Shown: positions 50,512-64,000 of the stretch, one piece after another
Numbering within the stretch: the first letter of the stretch is position 1
Layout: every line of letters begins with the position of its first letter
From: Glycera tridactyla
Lineage: Eukaryota
Assembly (NCBI GenBank): GCA_965644265.1
Contig: OZ286472.1
Location: 44,826,001-44,890,000 of the forward strand
Length of the DNA: 64,000 nt
Reading direction: 5' to 3'
Notes under the pieces: generated by a model
The model's database searches: none
Seen by the model: only the letters and a program-made list of their open reading frames with translations
What the model was told of the DNA's origin: nothing
Made by a program: the position numbers and the translations under genes

Positions 50512-50889
50512 CTGCAAAGATAAAAATGATCATATGTTTATCTTCAAAATCGTCATAATCTTACGTCCTGAAATGATACATTGAAGTCAGCAAATGCAGC
50601 TCCAATCTTCGTGAGAATTCGACCTGCAAATATTTCGGCAAGTGAAAACGGATGCACACATATATCCCATAACACATAATACATTTGTCTGTCTGTACAC
50701 TGATCTCTCTTTAGCACTCGCACAAACACATGTCTACCTTCCTGCCTACCAGCCTACTTATCAAAATCTGTCTGTCTGTGTTTTGGTCTCTGTATTTTAA
50801 TGGGTTAAAGCTGACGTAGACTGAAATAGGCCCAGGTTAGTGAAGCTATCCCAACGGTCCTGTCAGAAATATAGTAAAATAACTCGAGG

Positions 50890-51895
50890 GAACTTATTGA
50901 ACCTGGGACCACTTCAATTCTCTTTAATAATTTCTTAACAGATGAGTCACTACTACACTGCAAAGTACCACTGGACATAAACACTCTGGATGCTTTTACC
51001 AGCTCAGTGGTTACCAGTCTCGATCGTGGTATTCAAGCAATAAATCAGTCGCATGTCACACTCGACTTCGGCATATGTAGATTGTCAACTGATGATATTT
51101 CAGAACTACTAGTATGATCAGAAAACTGGTGGCTCTTCAGAAATCACTATCCAACTCGTTCACACCTAGATGTCGCTCAATGTTGTTGCTACATTCTAAT
51201 TGCGTCCTCTCTGAATCTTGGGAGCTGGTTGGTTGGTCCGGGTTCAACGTCATGCCAGCGCCAAGTGTGCTATATTGTGACGCCCATGCAATGGGCATGG
51301 GTAATTCAAGACTCCTCCTCTCGGTTCCCCAAAAGGAGTGGAATATTTATGAAATTCACAGGGGCCTTGGAAGCTGTATAGCTTAATAATCCGTGGAACT
51401 TATTGATCCTTGGACCACTTCAATCCTCTCCGATAATTTCTTTACAGATGAGTCACCACTGCACTGCCAAGTACTACTGAACATGAACTCTCTGAATGCT
51501 TTTACCAGTTAAGTGGTTACCAGTATGGATCTCGGTATTCAAGCAATATATCATTTGCGTGTCACACTCGACTTATGCAGATGTAGATTATCAACTGATG
51601 ATATTCCAGAACTACCAGTATGATCTGAAAACTGGTGCATCATCAGAAACCACTATTCAACTCGTTCACACCTAAATGTCACTCAATGATGTCGGTACAT
51701 TCTGAATTGCATCCTCACCGAGCTTTGGAAGTTGGTTTGGTCGGTTGGTCCTGGTTTGACATCACGTCAGTGCCAAATGTGCTATATTGTGACACTCATG
51801 CAATGGGTATGGGTGGGATCATTCAAGACTCCCAATCTTCCTTCCCAAACGAGGGTGGAGAATGTATAAAATTCACTGGAGCCTTGGGAGGTAGT
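50890..51895. repeat. Old ~506-bp tandem duplication, each unit ending in SINE family A
   Basis: GAACTTATTGA at 50890 and 51396; the units are colinear with many substitutions. Confidence 0.85.
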
Positions 51896-54800
51896 ACGTC
51901 CCTGAATAACTTCATATAATCATTTTGAGAATCCCCTGGATTTCGATAGTGGACTAGCTTAGAATTCGATAGCTGTGATATCATTCTTCCAAACCAAGTG
52001 TCAGTAATGTGCTGGCAAAGATCCGTGATGCTTGAATGAAGATTCATTGTCATTTTCAATGGTGCTGTCAACTGAATTCTACAAGGCTCTTGGTAGGCCT
52101 CAAAAAAGGTGAATCTTATAATCGTGCATCTCCGTGAACCAAATAACTGAATTTGAAATAAACCCTCATAAGTCTAGAGCCTGAGCAATGGAAGTAAGTC
52201 GGACAGGGAACTCTCAGTCACATCAATATAGAAAACAAAATTGAATGAATATCAGTATCCCCAGTTCAAGCGATTAAGGACTCATGCACGAAGCAAAGCA
52301 AGCAGACACAAGCAAGTGCAACCCGCATACAGCAAAGCACCACAGAAAGGTAGGAACTTCATAGATAGGTCAGTTGAGGAACGTACTTTCAATATAGATA
52401 TTCTTGCATGGTGTATTATCTGTCACAGGATTGAATCAGTGAGGCATCAAAAGTTGTCAGTTTTTCCATTGGAGCCATCTTTGCTTTCAAACGAAGTTAC
52501 AGAGTCACACCCCGTAGTCTCACTGCGATTCACGTGAACGAATGATTCATTCGTCTCCGTATCCAACCGACAAATGTCATCGTGGGCTGGGAATGAGTTC
52601 GGTTTCGACTTTCTATGTCTCTGTTGGACTCTGCCTGACTACCTGAGACTAGCAACTAAAATTAAGCGAAACTACTCAGTTCCTACCAACGTCATTCACA
52701 TAAACTACTGTAAGAGTGACATCCCACTCGGAGCGTATAGTGTCAGATATCATGAATTTTGTGTTAATAGTCTAAAAGCATTGCAAACCAAAATAATAAC
52801 AGGAGGCAGTGCGAAAATGTTAGTACAGTGTTTATTTCGTTTCCCTATACAGGAAAGGTGTCATTGCTTTGGATCACATCCAGTTCTGAACATAGAATTT
52901 CAACGTGTCCCTGGCAGTGTACGGAAAGCCATAATCAGTTAGCAAGCCTCTTGTGAGATGTACTACAGTAATTGGTATCGCCATAGCATCATCATAGATT
53001 CTCTGGATGACTTGAGTCGGAATGTATAGAAAGTGACTAAAGTCAGCCATGGCAGCATGGATTATATGAGTTTGCTGCAAATAAAATAGATTCTGAAATT
53101 TTAGATCAATATATGATGCCAACAATAGAATACGTTTATTAAAACATGGGTATGACCTTGAACATATCCAATATTTGTGTCGCATGTGTTGGAGTTTCAG
53201 ATGTTCTACCTGTATTCTCAACCATCCCTTTAGCTCAGAACACTGGGTGACCGTATATATCAATAAACATTCCGACCATTTTGGACCTTTTCAGGAAATA
53301 TTCCTGGGATTTTGATCAACAATGAGTCCGTCACATCGATTATTACGTTTCAAACTGCTCTAGAATCATGCACATTTCATCAAGCCCTTCGTGCGGATTG
53401 CCTCCACCAAGCGGGACTTAAGACCCCTGAAATGCTGAGATGAATAATCGACCAGAGAGCAATTTATCTATAATTGTGGGACATACTGGACATAGACTCA
53501 ATGCACAATTGTGCTGGAGGACATATACATTTCTCATATTTCAAAGTCGGAAAAAAATTGAAAGTATCTGAATTCCCAATGAAACATTTATCATTTGTGC
53601 AGTCGCAATTCAACCGAAAAAGTTCACTGCTAGGCAGGAATGAATAGCAATACAAAGATATGTTAAGCAACCATGAGCGAACAATTCCCTCCTCCATATT
53701 ATGCAAACATCTTGACATGCAACGACCAGGGGAGTGTTTAGTATTATAATCATCCATGCAGAATCTCTGCACACCACGCCCGCAATTCTATAGAGAGGCC
53801 ACAAGCATGAACAACAATCGCAATGGTGTACAATCATCAGAAGAAACACAAATAACAAGTAATATACAAAAACCACAGAAGATATTCGGATCAATATCGG
53901 GTGGTTATGAACTATTTCATAGGTGCACAAACGTTAGAGAGTCTCGACTCAAATTCAAATGGTCTGTCTTTGATATAAAGGCAAGAAGCCATTGTCATGA
54001 AATCGTATCATCATCAATCATGAGATGGGATGGTGATTGTATTTCCACCAGGGCAGATACTGCGTGAATTCCGTTCCACCTCATGGAATATGATATTTCA
54101 TTCAATAACAACGTGTGCTCGATATATCAACAAAAACGAACACTTGTGTAGAAGATTGTGCCACACCGGTGCAAAATAAACAACAAGAACAATAACAAGC
54201 ACGAAGTACACACCATGGATGTTATGAAATACGTACATTTAAGCGGTTGTAAGTTGAGGCATTTGGCAGGATCGTAACATCAGCTATGATTTTTGCGATA
54301 GTTCTGCCAGCAAAGCATGCTATGCCTCCTGCACCTACCAGACTAAAGGGATTACTGAGGTGGACGGCCAGTCTGGCCAGATAATCCATTAACCCTATCA
54401 TGCTCATATTGAGCGGGATCAAACTTCCCATGTATGTTCAAGATTTTGCACTAGGCGCGGATGCAAACTCACAAAAGCGAGGGTTACAGCTGGGAATGAA
54501 TCGTCTTCCTGACTTCAAATCGAATCAGCTGCTCAACGCTTAAACTAGACTGTAGCTTCACATAAATATACAATGGACTGGTCTATTGATAAATACAGCA
54601 GTTAAACTATACCATTCAGGTGTGACCATTGGGAGATTAGGGATGGTCGTGTCAAGACAAAATTTTCGATTGTCTACGATAAAAGGCGCGAAAGCAGAAT
54701 TTAGAAGGATCTGACAGAATCGTATTGACTCATGTGAATCACCAGCACGTCTACCTGAGACGTTGTTTGCTTCAATTTACTTTCAAATCTCTCTTAAATA

Positions 54801-55748
54801 ATGATGAAACGAGCCCTGGGTTATTTGGCAAGCTAGGACAGAAAGGAGTAGTTTGCGCACTGACTGGTGATCCACTCAGAGGGTCGTTTCATCTGAATGC
54901 CAGAATGACTTCACCATTTCAGGTAGTCGCATTTGAGCCTGAATCTGATTTCCTGAAATGGTAGACGGATTAACGTGAACGACAAAACCGTATGAGCGAA
55001 TTTGTTAGTGAGCAGATCTTGTTTTTTCAGGCTTGTATACTTCGCAGTTGATCACAGTGGATCGTGAATACACCGTTTGACTGTATGTGAAAGAAAACGT
55101 GATCAGATCCGTCAAAGTGCACATACATTCGCTACAGTCATTTCGGAACAGATGACTATATGTGAATAGTCGAGGCGCGGAATCAATAAAAAATGGAAAC
55201 ACGCAGTGATAACATCTTGACTAAAAGACGGAAGGATATAATTATCAACAAATTTAGCGACACTGGAGTTAGTATCAGCAACGAGTCAGGCGTTATTAGG
55301 GAATGAACGAATAGAAACACTGCACGAGCATCCATGGCAGGGATAGGAAGCTGATCAGAATCACCTGATGATCAAGCCACTGATTGGAAATATATAGATC
55401 GCGTGATGAATTTATTAACGTTTTATCATTGTACAAATCCACGAGGTTCGAGACTTTGATAGGTACTTTGTGAGCAGTGCATTGTGCATGTGTAGGGAAA
55501 TATATCATTCAAATCACTCTCATGTAAGAACTTTTTCGAAGTAAGAAATACTCGTTAATTCTCTGGCCATCACATATATTTGGAAGATGAATCATGTACA
55601 CGACACACATGCGAAATCTCAGAAAGAAACCAATTATAGTTCATCCACAGCAAATCAAATTTTTGGGTTGACAATTGAATCTTATGGTATCGCAAGAAAC
55701 AACACAGAAATGAAAACAGCTAGAAGGGGTCACGGCAGATGTACTTAC

Positions 55749-55766
55749 GCCCTTCTCCGCGCCGCC
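55749..55766 (-). CDS. Candidate 18-nt microexon, probably of the KASH gene
   Basis: CTAAC branch motif, tctctccctctcag acceptor, GGCGGCGCGGAGAAGGGC, then GTAAGT donor. In phase 1 it reads xRRGEG and joins C|TG into the KASH exon. Confidence 0.5.
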
Positions 55767-58036
55767 CTGAGAGGGAGAGACATAATGTCGTTAGATATAC
55801 TTGTGTGTTCAACGTGGATGAATACCTTGCGCTACATCATCAACGACTGATCAGTTTAAATCTATCGGACCAGCATGATGTACAAGGCTGCCCATGAATC
55901 GGACGATTCCCTTTTATGATATGCTAATCTATGATTACTCCTAGGTACTTCCCAATCTTAATATGATGAGTGGGTATTATCAATTCTGGTTTTACGCACT
56001 CGTTCCATGATATGAGTCGACGCAAGCAATGTTTATTGTGTTAAGAACAGGTTAGGAGGAATTACTGCATGAATCACTGCTTCAAATACATTCTACCATG
56101 CATGGCGACATTGAACAATTTCCGTTCAGCGAAATTAGAGGATGCATATTTATGACGGAATTATTGGTTGGTTGGTAAGTGGAGTAAGATGGGATTACTT
56201 CAATGGGCTGTCTGGAATATTCAGACTATGCATGCTGTGATTCGTAGATATATTATGAAGTCAGGAAAAATCCCCATAGGGAGCATGTAACTGGTCATAT
56301 AACATGATATGGATGAGCCAATGAAGGTTTTGATAGAAACTAACCAGCTGCTATAATGCAATCATTAAAATTGTGTGGCATGGTAGACAAATTGAAATAT
56401 TCCATTGAATTATGCCAACAGTGCTATACAGTCGGAGCTATTCATCATTAAATTCGAGGATTCAGAGGATCTGAGGATTCAAATCATTTATACCCGAGGG
56501 GGGATGTGTATTTTGTTATCGTAAGCGGCGCACCCTACATTCATGTTACGAATCTCTATTGTGCACACACATTCCTCCTTTCATTCTCTGTACAATAGCA
56601 TAGTGGAACTTTCACCCATTCAGATCAAAAAAGTTTGTTTTCGAAGCCACTAGGTAAGCTGCAAGATCCCTTGTCATTCTTTCCCATCACAGTACCCCAA
56701 AGCCATGCATTAATATGTAATAATACATATATCTCGACTACCGGCATATATTCACATCAGCAGTTCACCTCAATCTTGGCTAGATGACACTTCACACATT
56801 CGTAACGCTGGCGCCGCCCAGCGGCGACGATTTGCATGACGACGTCATTATTACATAGAAAGCGCCCTAGTTGTCCAATATCACATTTCATCAATTAGTA
56901 TATTCCATATGACGAAAACCCACGTAGGGACCCGCAAACCGTTCACTAAGTCAAATAGGGAGCAGAAACTCTCACTAGTGGTAATTGACCTTTCACCAAT
57001 TCTGTGAATTATCCGAAGGTAGATTTGAATGTGAACTTATTCCTCATTCAATTCTCATCATACATGTGAACGATGCAGGCACTGAATGGGTTTTCCTCAT
57101 AACAGCGTGCGCAGTGGCAGGGATGTTTTGGGGAATGTAGGTAGCCCCAGCAAATGCATGGTGTCATCTCAATATCAGTACGGTGCTGATGTGTCTACCC
57201 AGCGACAACATTGAGAAACGTTATGTGGTCGTGGTACCTAATTCTCGTGGTATTCACCCATGGCAGTAAGAGACACAGGACATTCTACAAACATCCAGAA
57301 ACGTGTGCTTTCTCAGGGGATTCAAAGTTGTCCCAACTTTATTGTCTTTTTGCATCATTTCCATTCTAAGTGCAATGTGTGGAGGAACATACCCTATTGC
57401 TATCCATCTGAACATCGTACCAATTTAGAGATGATACCAATTCGACGAGCCCATGACGTGACCAGGACGCCCATACTGAGTGAAATTCAGGTGACATCAG
57501 ACGCGACATTTGGATGACGTCATGAATGAGTACATCAAAACTTTGACGCAATACATATATCTCAATACCACATCAATAACAGGTTTCCTAGTCATGTCAT
57601 GTGTCATCTTCACTGCTGAGGGTTGCGTGAATGTCCCCGCAGACCGAATACATCAGTAGTACAATCTGATAACAAAATATCAGTCACATCTGCTGATCGC
57701 TGTGTATTTGCTAGGATTTCAGCAAATTCGCAGCATAATAACCATGTACCAGATTGAAAATACTCTGTGGATGTTCTAACTTTTCGCACTCTCAGGCAAT
57801 GATGTATGAGTCGCCACATACACACAGCTAATTCCTGCCATGTTAATGACATTCAGTCAAGCTGGGGCAACTTCATTAGAGGCAGAGCCGCTCTACATTC
57901 AGTAGCAGCTCATACTGAGACGACGAGGAAATCCACAGATTCTGAGTGATTCTGACAGATAAAAATGAATTTTAAGCTCCTGGTCTGCGGGGACGCTGAA
58001 CAGCAGCGTACAAAACTAAGGAGCCGTAGATGCTAT

Positions 58037-58375
58037 TTACTTGCCGGACTCGGCTGCCTTCTTCAACGCCGTCATGGCGCGAAGAGGATTCAGCAGCTTC
58101 TTGCGGATACTCTGCACTTTCTCAATGACCATCTTGTTCTCAGGGTCGATGTCGAGAGAGTTGGGGTCGCGAACGATAGTCGCTTTGATGAAACCTTTCT
58201 TGATGGCATCGCCGACGTAGATCGACTCATTATCGACGTTGTGATAGTAGGCACCGGTTTCCTTGTCTAGGAGATTTTGACGAACCGCATCGGCGAAGCC
58301 CACTTTTGCTTTGAGCTTCTGATTGACGACACTGTGGATGGCATACGTCTTCGTCACGATTTCAGGCTCATGCAT
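58037..58375 (-). CDS. Plectin/plakin-repeat protein, terminal exon
   Basis: tttcattcaaacag|MHEPEIVTKTYAIHSVVNQKLKAKVGFADAVRQNLLDKETGAY...GDAIKKGFI...AAESGK*; the xDAIxxGLI pattern is typical of plakin repeats; phase 0. Confidence 0.82.
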   Translation of the reverse strand: MHEPEIVTKTYAIHSVVNQKLKAKVGFADAVRQNLLDKETGAYYHNVDNESIYVGDAIKKGFIKATIVRDPNSLDIDPENKMVIEKVQSIRKKLLNPLRAMTALKKAAESGK

Positions 58376-58443
58376 CTGTTTGAATGAAAATGAAATTGCA
58401 AGTTGATCACTACGGAAACAAGAGCGCCGAGAGATCTCCGAAA

Positions 58444-58444
58444 T

Positions 58445-58478
<34 letters not shown>

Positions 58479-58492
58479 AGCGAAAGAGAGAG
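58444..58492. repeat. (AG)n-(G)n tract
   Basis: Direct inspection. Confidence 0.9.
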
Positions 58493-59709
58493 AGCTACGA
58501 TTTGGCAAAAGTAGTCCTGGTTCCGAATGTAATAAACATGTCAATATCTCAGTGGGCATGCCCAAAAAGCTTGATTGACAGGCATTCACTACTTGTGCGT
58601 AGCTATACATCTCTGAGCGAAAGTATCTGTGTACTTCGGTGATTGGCCAGAAAAACGAGTGTTGAGAGAATTTTGTAATATGTAATCGCTACATTTCCTC
58701 AAATGTCATAAGATCAATAAATCATCTTAAAATTGTGTTAGATTAGATCAGTCGATCTTTTTACACAGATCCGATCAAGATTCGTTTGATTATATTGACC
58801 TCGAGAGTCAGAATCGGCAAAGTTGGAAAGCATTTCGAGCAGAGAGGTGTTAGCATAGTGATCTCCGACGGAGATCACAAAAATGAGACATGGTATTTTC
58901 GGCATCTGTGTATGTGTGTTTTGTGTGACTGTATCCAATACATGCTCAGGTCTAGTTGCTCGGACCGATACCACAAACATCCCTTCAATTGTACTCTAGT
59001 GGCCCCAGGGCACTTCCTCTGAATAATACGGAGCTATAAACCATATTAAATCATATTCCAAAATAATTATATTGCCACCCCGTCACTCTCGGGGTAGATA
59101 GTATAGCAGGGGAGATTATGTGATACAATACAGAAACAATACATGAACATCATCAAAATGCATACATATTAACAGGAAGAGATGGAGTAACGGTTACAGC
59201 TCACAGGGAAGCAGAACAAATGATCAGGGGAGTTAAACAAAAAGGGATCCCGTGAGTGAGTCGTTCTTGGCACTCGCAATATGATATGGGACCCGTACCT
59301 CTCCAAAGTTCAACCCCAAACCACCTTACAATAGGTGTAAGCATGGTGATATACATAATTCAAGAGTTGACAAAATCAAATGATTAGATTACCAGATATG
59401 AGAGCCGAAAAAGATGAGAAAAGTTCAAGCATCAGTTGCTATTCTGGAATAAATTTTCGACTTTTAGGTGTCGTCCGCATTTTTGACATATTTACATACT
59501 GCACAAGACAACTCGTTAGTTTTTGTTAGTATCTTCATCACAGTGAGCATACTCCTTGCATTGGCGCTTCTTCACTGATAGAAATAAGATTGACCAACTT
59601 TTACGGAATGAGGAGATCAATTCGGTTATTTACAGTGCTCCTGTGCATCAATATCTTTCACTTCTCAAACAAACGTGAGATAAGTATCAGGAACTGTGTT
59701 ATGACTCAC

Positions 59710-59982
59710 CTCTGCTTCTTTATCAAATTCGACAATGAGCAGCCCGCTGTCAAGAGCGTCACCAAGTGACATCTCAGTGTCATTGATAGTATTATGATAG
59801 ATGTTATTCTGCTGGTCAAGCAATCCACGTTTGATGGCATCATCGACGGTGTACTTTTCGTCAGTCTTAGCATCGACGACGAATTTGACGGTATAGGGGC
59901 GGGATTCACGATGTGTCTTGATTGTGATGAGTCCAACGTCGTGACGCTTCTCTGCCGATTTCTTGGTTGTCGTAAATTCCAC
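59710..59982 (-). CDS. Plectin/plakin-repeat protein, penultimate exon
   Basis: tgatttgtttgtag|VEFTTTKK...VVDAKTDEKYTVDDAIKRGLLD...MSLGDALDSGLL...DKEAE|GTGAGT; 273 nt, phase 0-0. Confidence 0.85.
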
Positions 59983-60697
59983 CTACAAACAAATCACATT
60001 CATCCTTGATACAGCTGTTGATTATTAGTCATTGCTACATTCACCGAAGCAATGTCAAATCTGGTGTATCATCGGGGAACAGTGTGCGTAATTTGCTTTT
60101 CTCATACACTGGCTCATTGGCCCTGTGAAATCTCAGACTGTTCGTCATGTGACTTACTTTACCAACTCATAATGAATATATGACATAATCCAGACCAATC
60201 TTGGTTTCTGAAATAAAAACACAGCTGCTTCCCAAATTCACATTACTTCAGAAGCCGTTTTCGCTCATATTGGTTCGATATAGAATAATCCACGATCTAT
60301 ATCACAATTTGTATCTTTCTCTCAATGAACAGAATGCTCTCTTTATGAGATGTAGTATTCATGAATTTCAACAAGCCAAGTGAGACATCAATATGTCAAG
60401 ATTCACTAGTGGTATTATACGAGTAACGACGCCACAACTCCATCTAACGTGGTATCAACTAGATCACCTTCAGATCACAAGGATATTGTGATATGAATAA
60501 TCATACTATTCTTCAAACAGAATGCAGTGGGCAATGAATAAGTAGTGTGAAATGATATCAACACTGGACTGTAATATGATAGTTGAATGACATTTCCCTC
60601 CCCTCGATCGACATGACTTTTTGTGGTGATCACCGAATTGAACTCAATTTGCTTTCTGGAACTCAGTTCAACATGCAAGATGCCTCAATCGGAATAG

Positions 60698-60762
60698 CTG
60701 GAATATGTGTCTGGAATATGTGACTGGAATATGTGTCTGGAATATGCGTCTGGAATATGCGT
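60698..60762. repeat. 13-bp minisatellite x5
   Basis: CTGGAATATG(T/C)G(T/A) units with no spacers. Confidence 0.95.
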
Positions 60763-63700
60763 CTGCTCGACCTATCACAGTCTCCTTCACCGATATCATA
60801 CACTATACAATCGTACACCTGGCAACTCCGCAAAATTGATTTCACCCAAGGGTTACTCATGCCCGCCAGCATCATGGAATACCATTTATCTAGTGAATAC
60901 CCTCTATTATAATCAGAAAGGTTATTTTTATTTCGATTCCTCAAATAATTCAAAACGATGTATAGTTTGTATACAAAGACCGAATAACCATCTTTTTCTC
61001 TTACGATCAAAGACATGACTATGATTTTCAACCGTAACAGCACATACACAGTCGGTAATTTGAAGGATTGCATGTCTGATTGATTGGAGTTTATTGACAT
61101 GTATCATTCAAAGGGGATCAGGTATACCCTGTGTTCCTGACCTAAGAAACCCATATGCTGTCACCTGCTATCATCACTCCCACAAAGCCGAAACACAAAT
61201 CTGCTATACCTATCGATGACATACATGATTGTACAACTGGCTGGAAGCTGACATTCAGGCCTGATGGCAATGATATGCGTTCGAGCCAACCACATAATTC
61301 CCTGGACCTAATCCATTTGCTAATTCAGATATCCCATTCAACTCCTTCAACGTCACTGTGGTTTTACAAGAAAATGAATGGGCCCACTCGACTGAATGGT
61401 CATTTAGAGGTGTTGCGAATTGATAGGGTTGTGTCTGATAGCACAACATAAAGTGACTTCGAAGGCATAGATAGCATTACCATGAGTTAGGCATAATACC
61501 TGACAGCATAACTCAGTCTGTGTCATATATTCCCGGGATTAATCATACAAGATGGTATCACATTCGATATACCAATTAACAGATATATTCATCATTGTGA
61601 GATAGAATAGGTAGCATATCATAGGATGATTGAACCAACATGGATGTTATACTCAGTTATAAATGTGATTCGTTGAAAATGGATTAATTGGCACCCACAT
61701 GTTATTACGACAATCAGCCTTGGTTCACTTTCAAACCAGTCTTGTGTCAGACAATCTTTCACAAATCAGTCCTCAACTGTATATGCCTATACAGCCTATA
61801 TGACCAGAATTGCTATAATGACGAAAAATTCATTCAATGTCCATGACTCATTGAATTGAGCTGATAATGAAGCTTGAAACGGATGGGATACGGTACCGTG
61901 ATCTTCAAATGGTAAAAGATTGCCTGACTTTAGAGAGGCTCAGAACAGAAATTATCATAATACGCTTGTTAATCCCAATTTGTGGAGATGTCTCGTGCAT
62001 GATGTCTAACGCCCATATCCGGTTGCAAGGGCAGCACATCGAATTAATTCAAAACAAAAATGAAATGAAACTAAAATCTATCACCAGTGTCCTGAAAACT
62101 AATTATCTTGAGATTACTGTAGGTTTTGTTAAAGATTCAAGAATGAGAATTGCGTCACAACCTGGAATAGAGACTTTCACCAATATAGATCTTGATAGAC
62201 GTGCCATATTTAGATATCGATTGGATTCGAACATCCGAGGAGCTATCATAATGTGGGTGTCGTGGATGTGGACCGGGCCAGGAGATGTACTTTGTAGCGC
62301 TAACATTAGTTCAGCAGGGCCCGCTTGATATATTCAATAACCTCAGGTCGGTATCAGGGATCACTGAGTAGTGTGAGATGTAAAGAATAGTCATTCAGGA
62401 GCACAGGAACCTCGAAAGTGGGAAAATTACTCTGGAGATCAGACCCTCGAAACAAACCTTGAATTCTGTGTAGCCATATCTCATATATGGATGCAGTTAT
62501 GTCAGATTAGCTACATCAATTCTATTGTCGGCAGCTGCAGCCGTTTTCAGATTTTTAGTGATGCAGAAACACAGAATGTGGTAGATGCATAAGTGACGTT
62601 TGAGTAGAAAGAATAGGAATGAGCAATAACATTAGATATATCACAAGGTTCCATCAAGGCATTTGAATGATTAGTATAGGGTTTATGTCTTTTGGCAATT
62701 TGGGATTCGCCGAAGTTATTTCATTCAAGCACAGCTGTATTGAAATATATGATACATTCAGCAGGGAAAATGGGATCCATTCTGAATCTCCCCATTATCT
62801 ACACCATCTCATTGAAATAGAGAACCAAACTCATCTTGGTAATTTACCCAGGCATGAGATTATTATGGTTTCCAAATGATATATGTACAAGCGATCAACC
62901 AATTCTTGATATCCCAATACAAGCATGGGTCAGGTAATCGCCAGTTACCATATTATATGCCTAAACATGATAGCTCCCCAGGATGCACAGAGATATCCAA
63001 CCCAGAGAAATCAATCTAATGTGAAGAAGGAAATGTGTACAGTGTCATGTTGAGATGGTGAATATTCAGACTGGACAGGTCTTGCCTTGCGTCATTGCAT
63101 CACTTGACGTCCCTTTGTGATAACTCCCTCCACCTGAAAACATTTCCATCAAGATGAAAACACTTTCAGTTTTCATTCAGCTACAGTAGAATATGCACGA
63201 TGTGAGGAAACCCACACTTACAAAGTCCTGATTCATCAATGTCCAAATGTTTACCATAATTATCCAACATATCAGATACTGGAATTGAGGCTGTCATACT
63301 GAATACTGGAATCGCGACCGACTGCTATACAACTTATTCCTAAATTTTAACTACCATCGAAACCATGATGATGTGCAGTGGAATTGACATGGTGCAATGG
63401 TATTGCCACAGTGTAGACAGGCGTGCATACCAAAAAATAGATTGAATGAGGACGGACAGTCTAGAATGAGAGAGTATTATCTTGATTTGATAATATATCA
63501 ACACATTTTCCATTGACACATTTTTAAATGGACTTGACACCCCGAGGACAAATCCTTGATAGATGCTAACTATATGGAAACAGAGTTCCTGAAATCAGGC
63601 CTGTTCTAAATTTTTCAATAATGATGCGTGGTGAAAATTGGAATCACGCCTAGGGAAACTATTCTATTCATTTATTACATATACTATGGGAAGGAGATAA

Positions 63701-64000
63701 CAAATCTATAGAATATTTACGTAGAATTCGTGCAAGTTGTCAATCGACGCTAGCTCACTATGTTATTTTTGCAATCATCAGAACAAAAAAGGTCAACGAT
63801 AAGGAATAACACGGTTGAGTACATCAAAAAAGCACAAAAATTATATGTCTCCCAAATCGCAGTATATTATATATCTCTTGAAAACTGCATCTTGGTTGGC
63901 TTCGATAATCACCCTGAGAAATGAAATACCTGAAGTTTTATCCATAACCAATCAAAGTGAAGATCGGATTGCCCATTTCATGTCCAGAATGTCAGATTTG

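Noticed and set aside
50565-50567. tttcag|GAC|GTAAGA as a 3-nt microexon
   Set aside because: It would leave a 53-nt intron and a 3-nt exon; likely coincidental without transcript evidence.
57393-57475. Candidate first exon of the KASH gene (donor GTATGT near 57392)
   Set aside because: The open frame ends in phase 0, which is incompatible with the phase-1 path, and the ATG frame has a stop.
1-64000. tRNA, rRNA and prokaryotic contamination
   Set aside because: No cloverleaf or rRNA-like sequence was seen, and there are no operon-like long ORF runs; the compact cluster at 4.7-7.4 kb has spliceosomal signals.

Overview
Eukaryotic (metazoan, probably lophotrochozoan) genomic DNA from a gapped, repeat-rich assembly: spliceosomal introns, microsatellites and seven N gaps between 10.5 and 23.1 kb. 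There is no sign of prokaryotic genes, rRNA, tRNA or CRISPR. Three host genes are recognisable: (1) a complete five-exon CFAP97/KIAA1430-family gene (CFAP97D2-like, + strand, 24715-36318, 225 aa); (2) the 7.8-kb terminal exon of a KASH-domain nuclear-envelope protein (- strand, 42701-50511) with recent internal ~190-aa repeats and a candidate 18-nt upstream microexon; (3) the last two exons of a plectin/plakin-repeat protein (- strand, 58037-59982). The rest is mostly TE debris: a CR1/L2-type RT, pogo-like MITEs, a Helentron-type non-autonomous element with internal tandem repeats, and SINE tails. The most unusual region is 1-8.7 kb. There, a compact minus-strand unit has one 40-codon leader exon (7306-7426, phase-1 donor) facing four tightly packed phase-1 acceptors. 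Each acceptor opens in frame into a different unrelated ORF. The fourth splices on into a >1000-aa low-complexity/zinc-finger protein that runs off the left edge. The unit sits directly below an E-box-rich bidirectional promoter, a perfect hairpin and what looks like the relic end of a Ngaro/DIRS-type element. All splice models are read from the sequence by eye and lack transcript or database confirmation.
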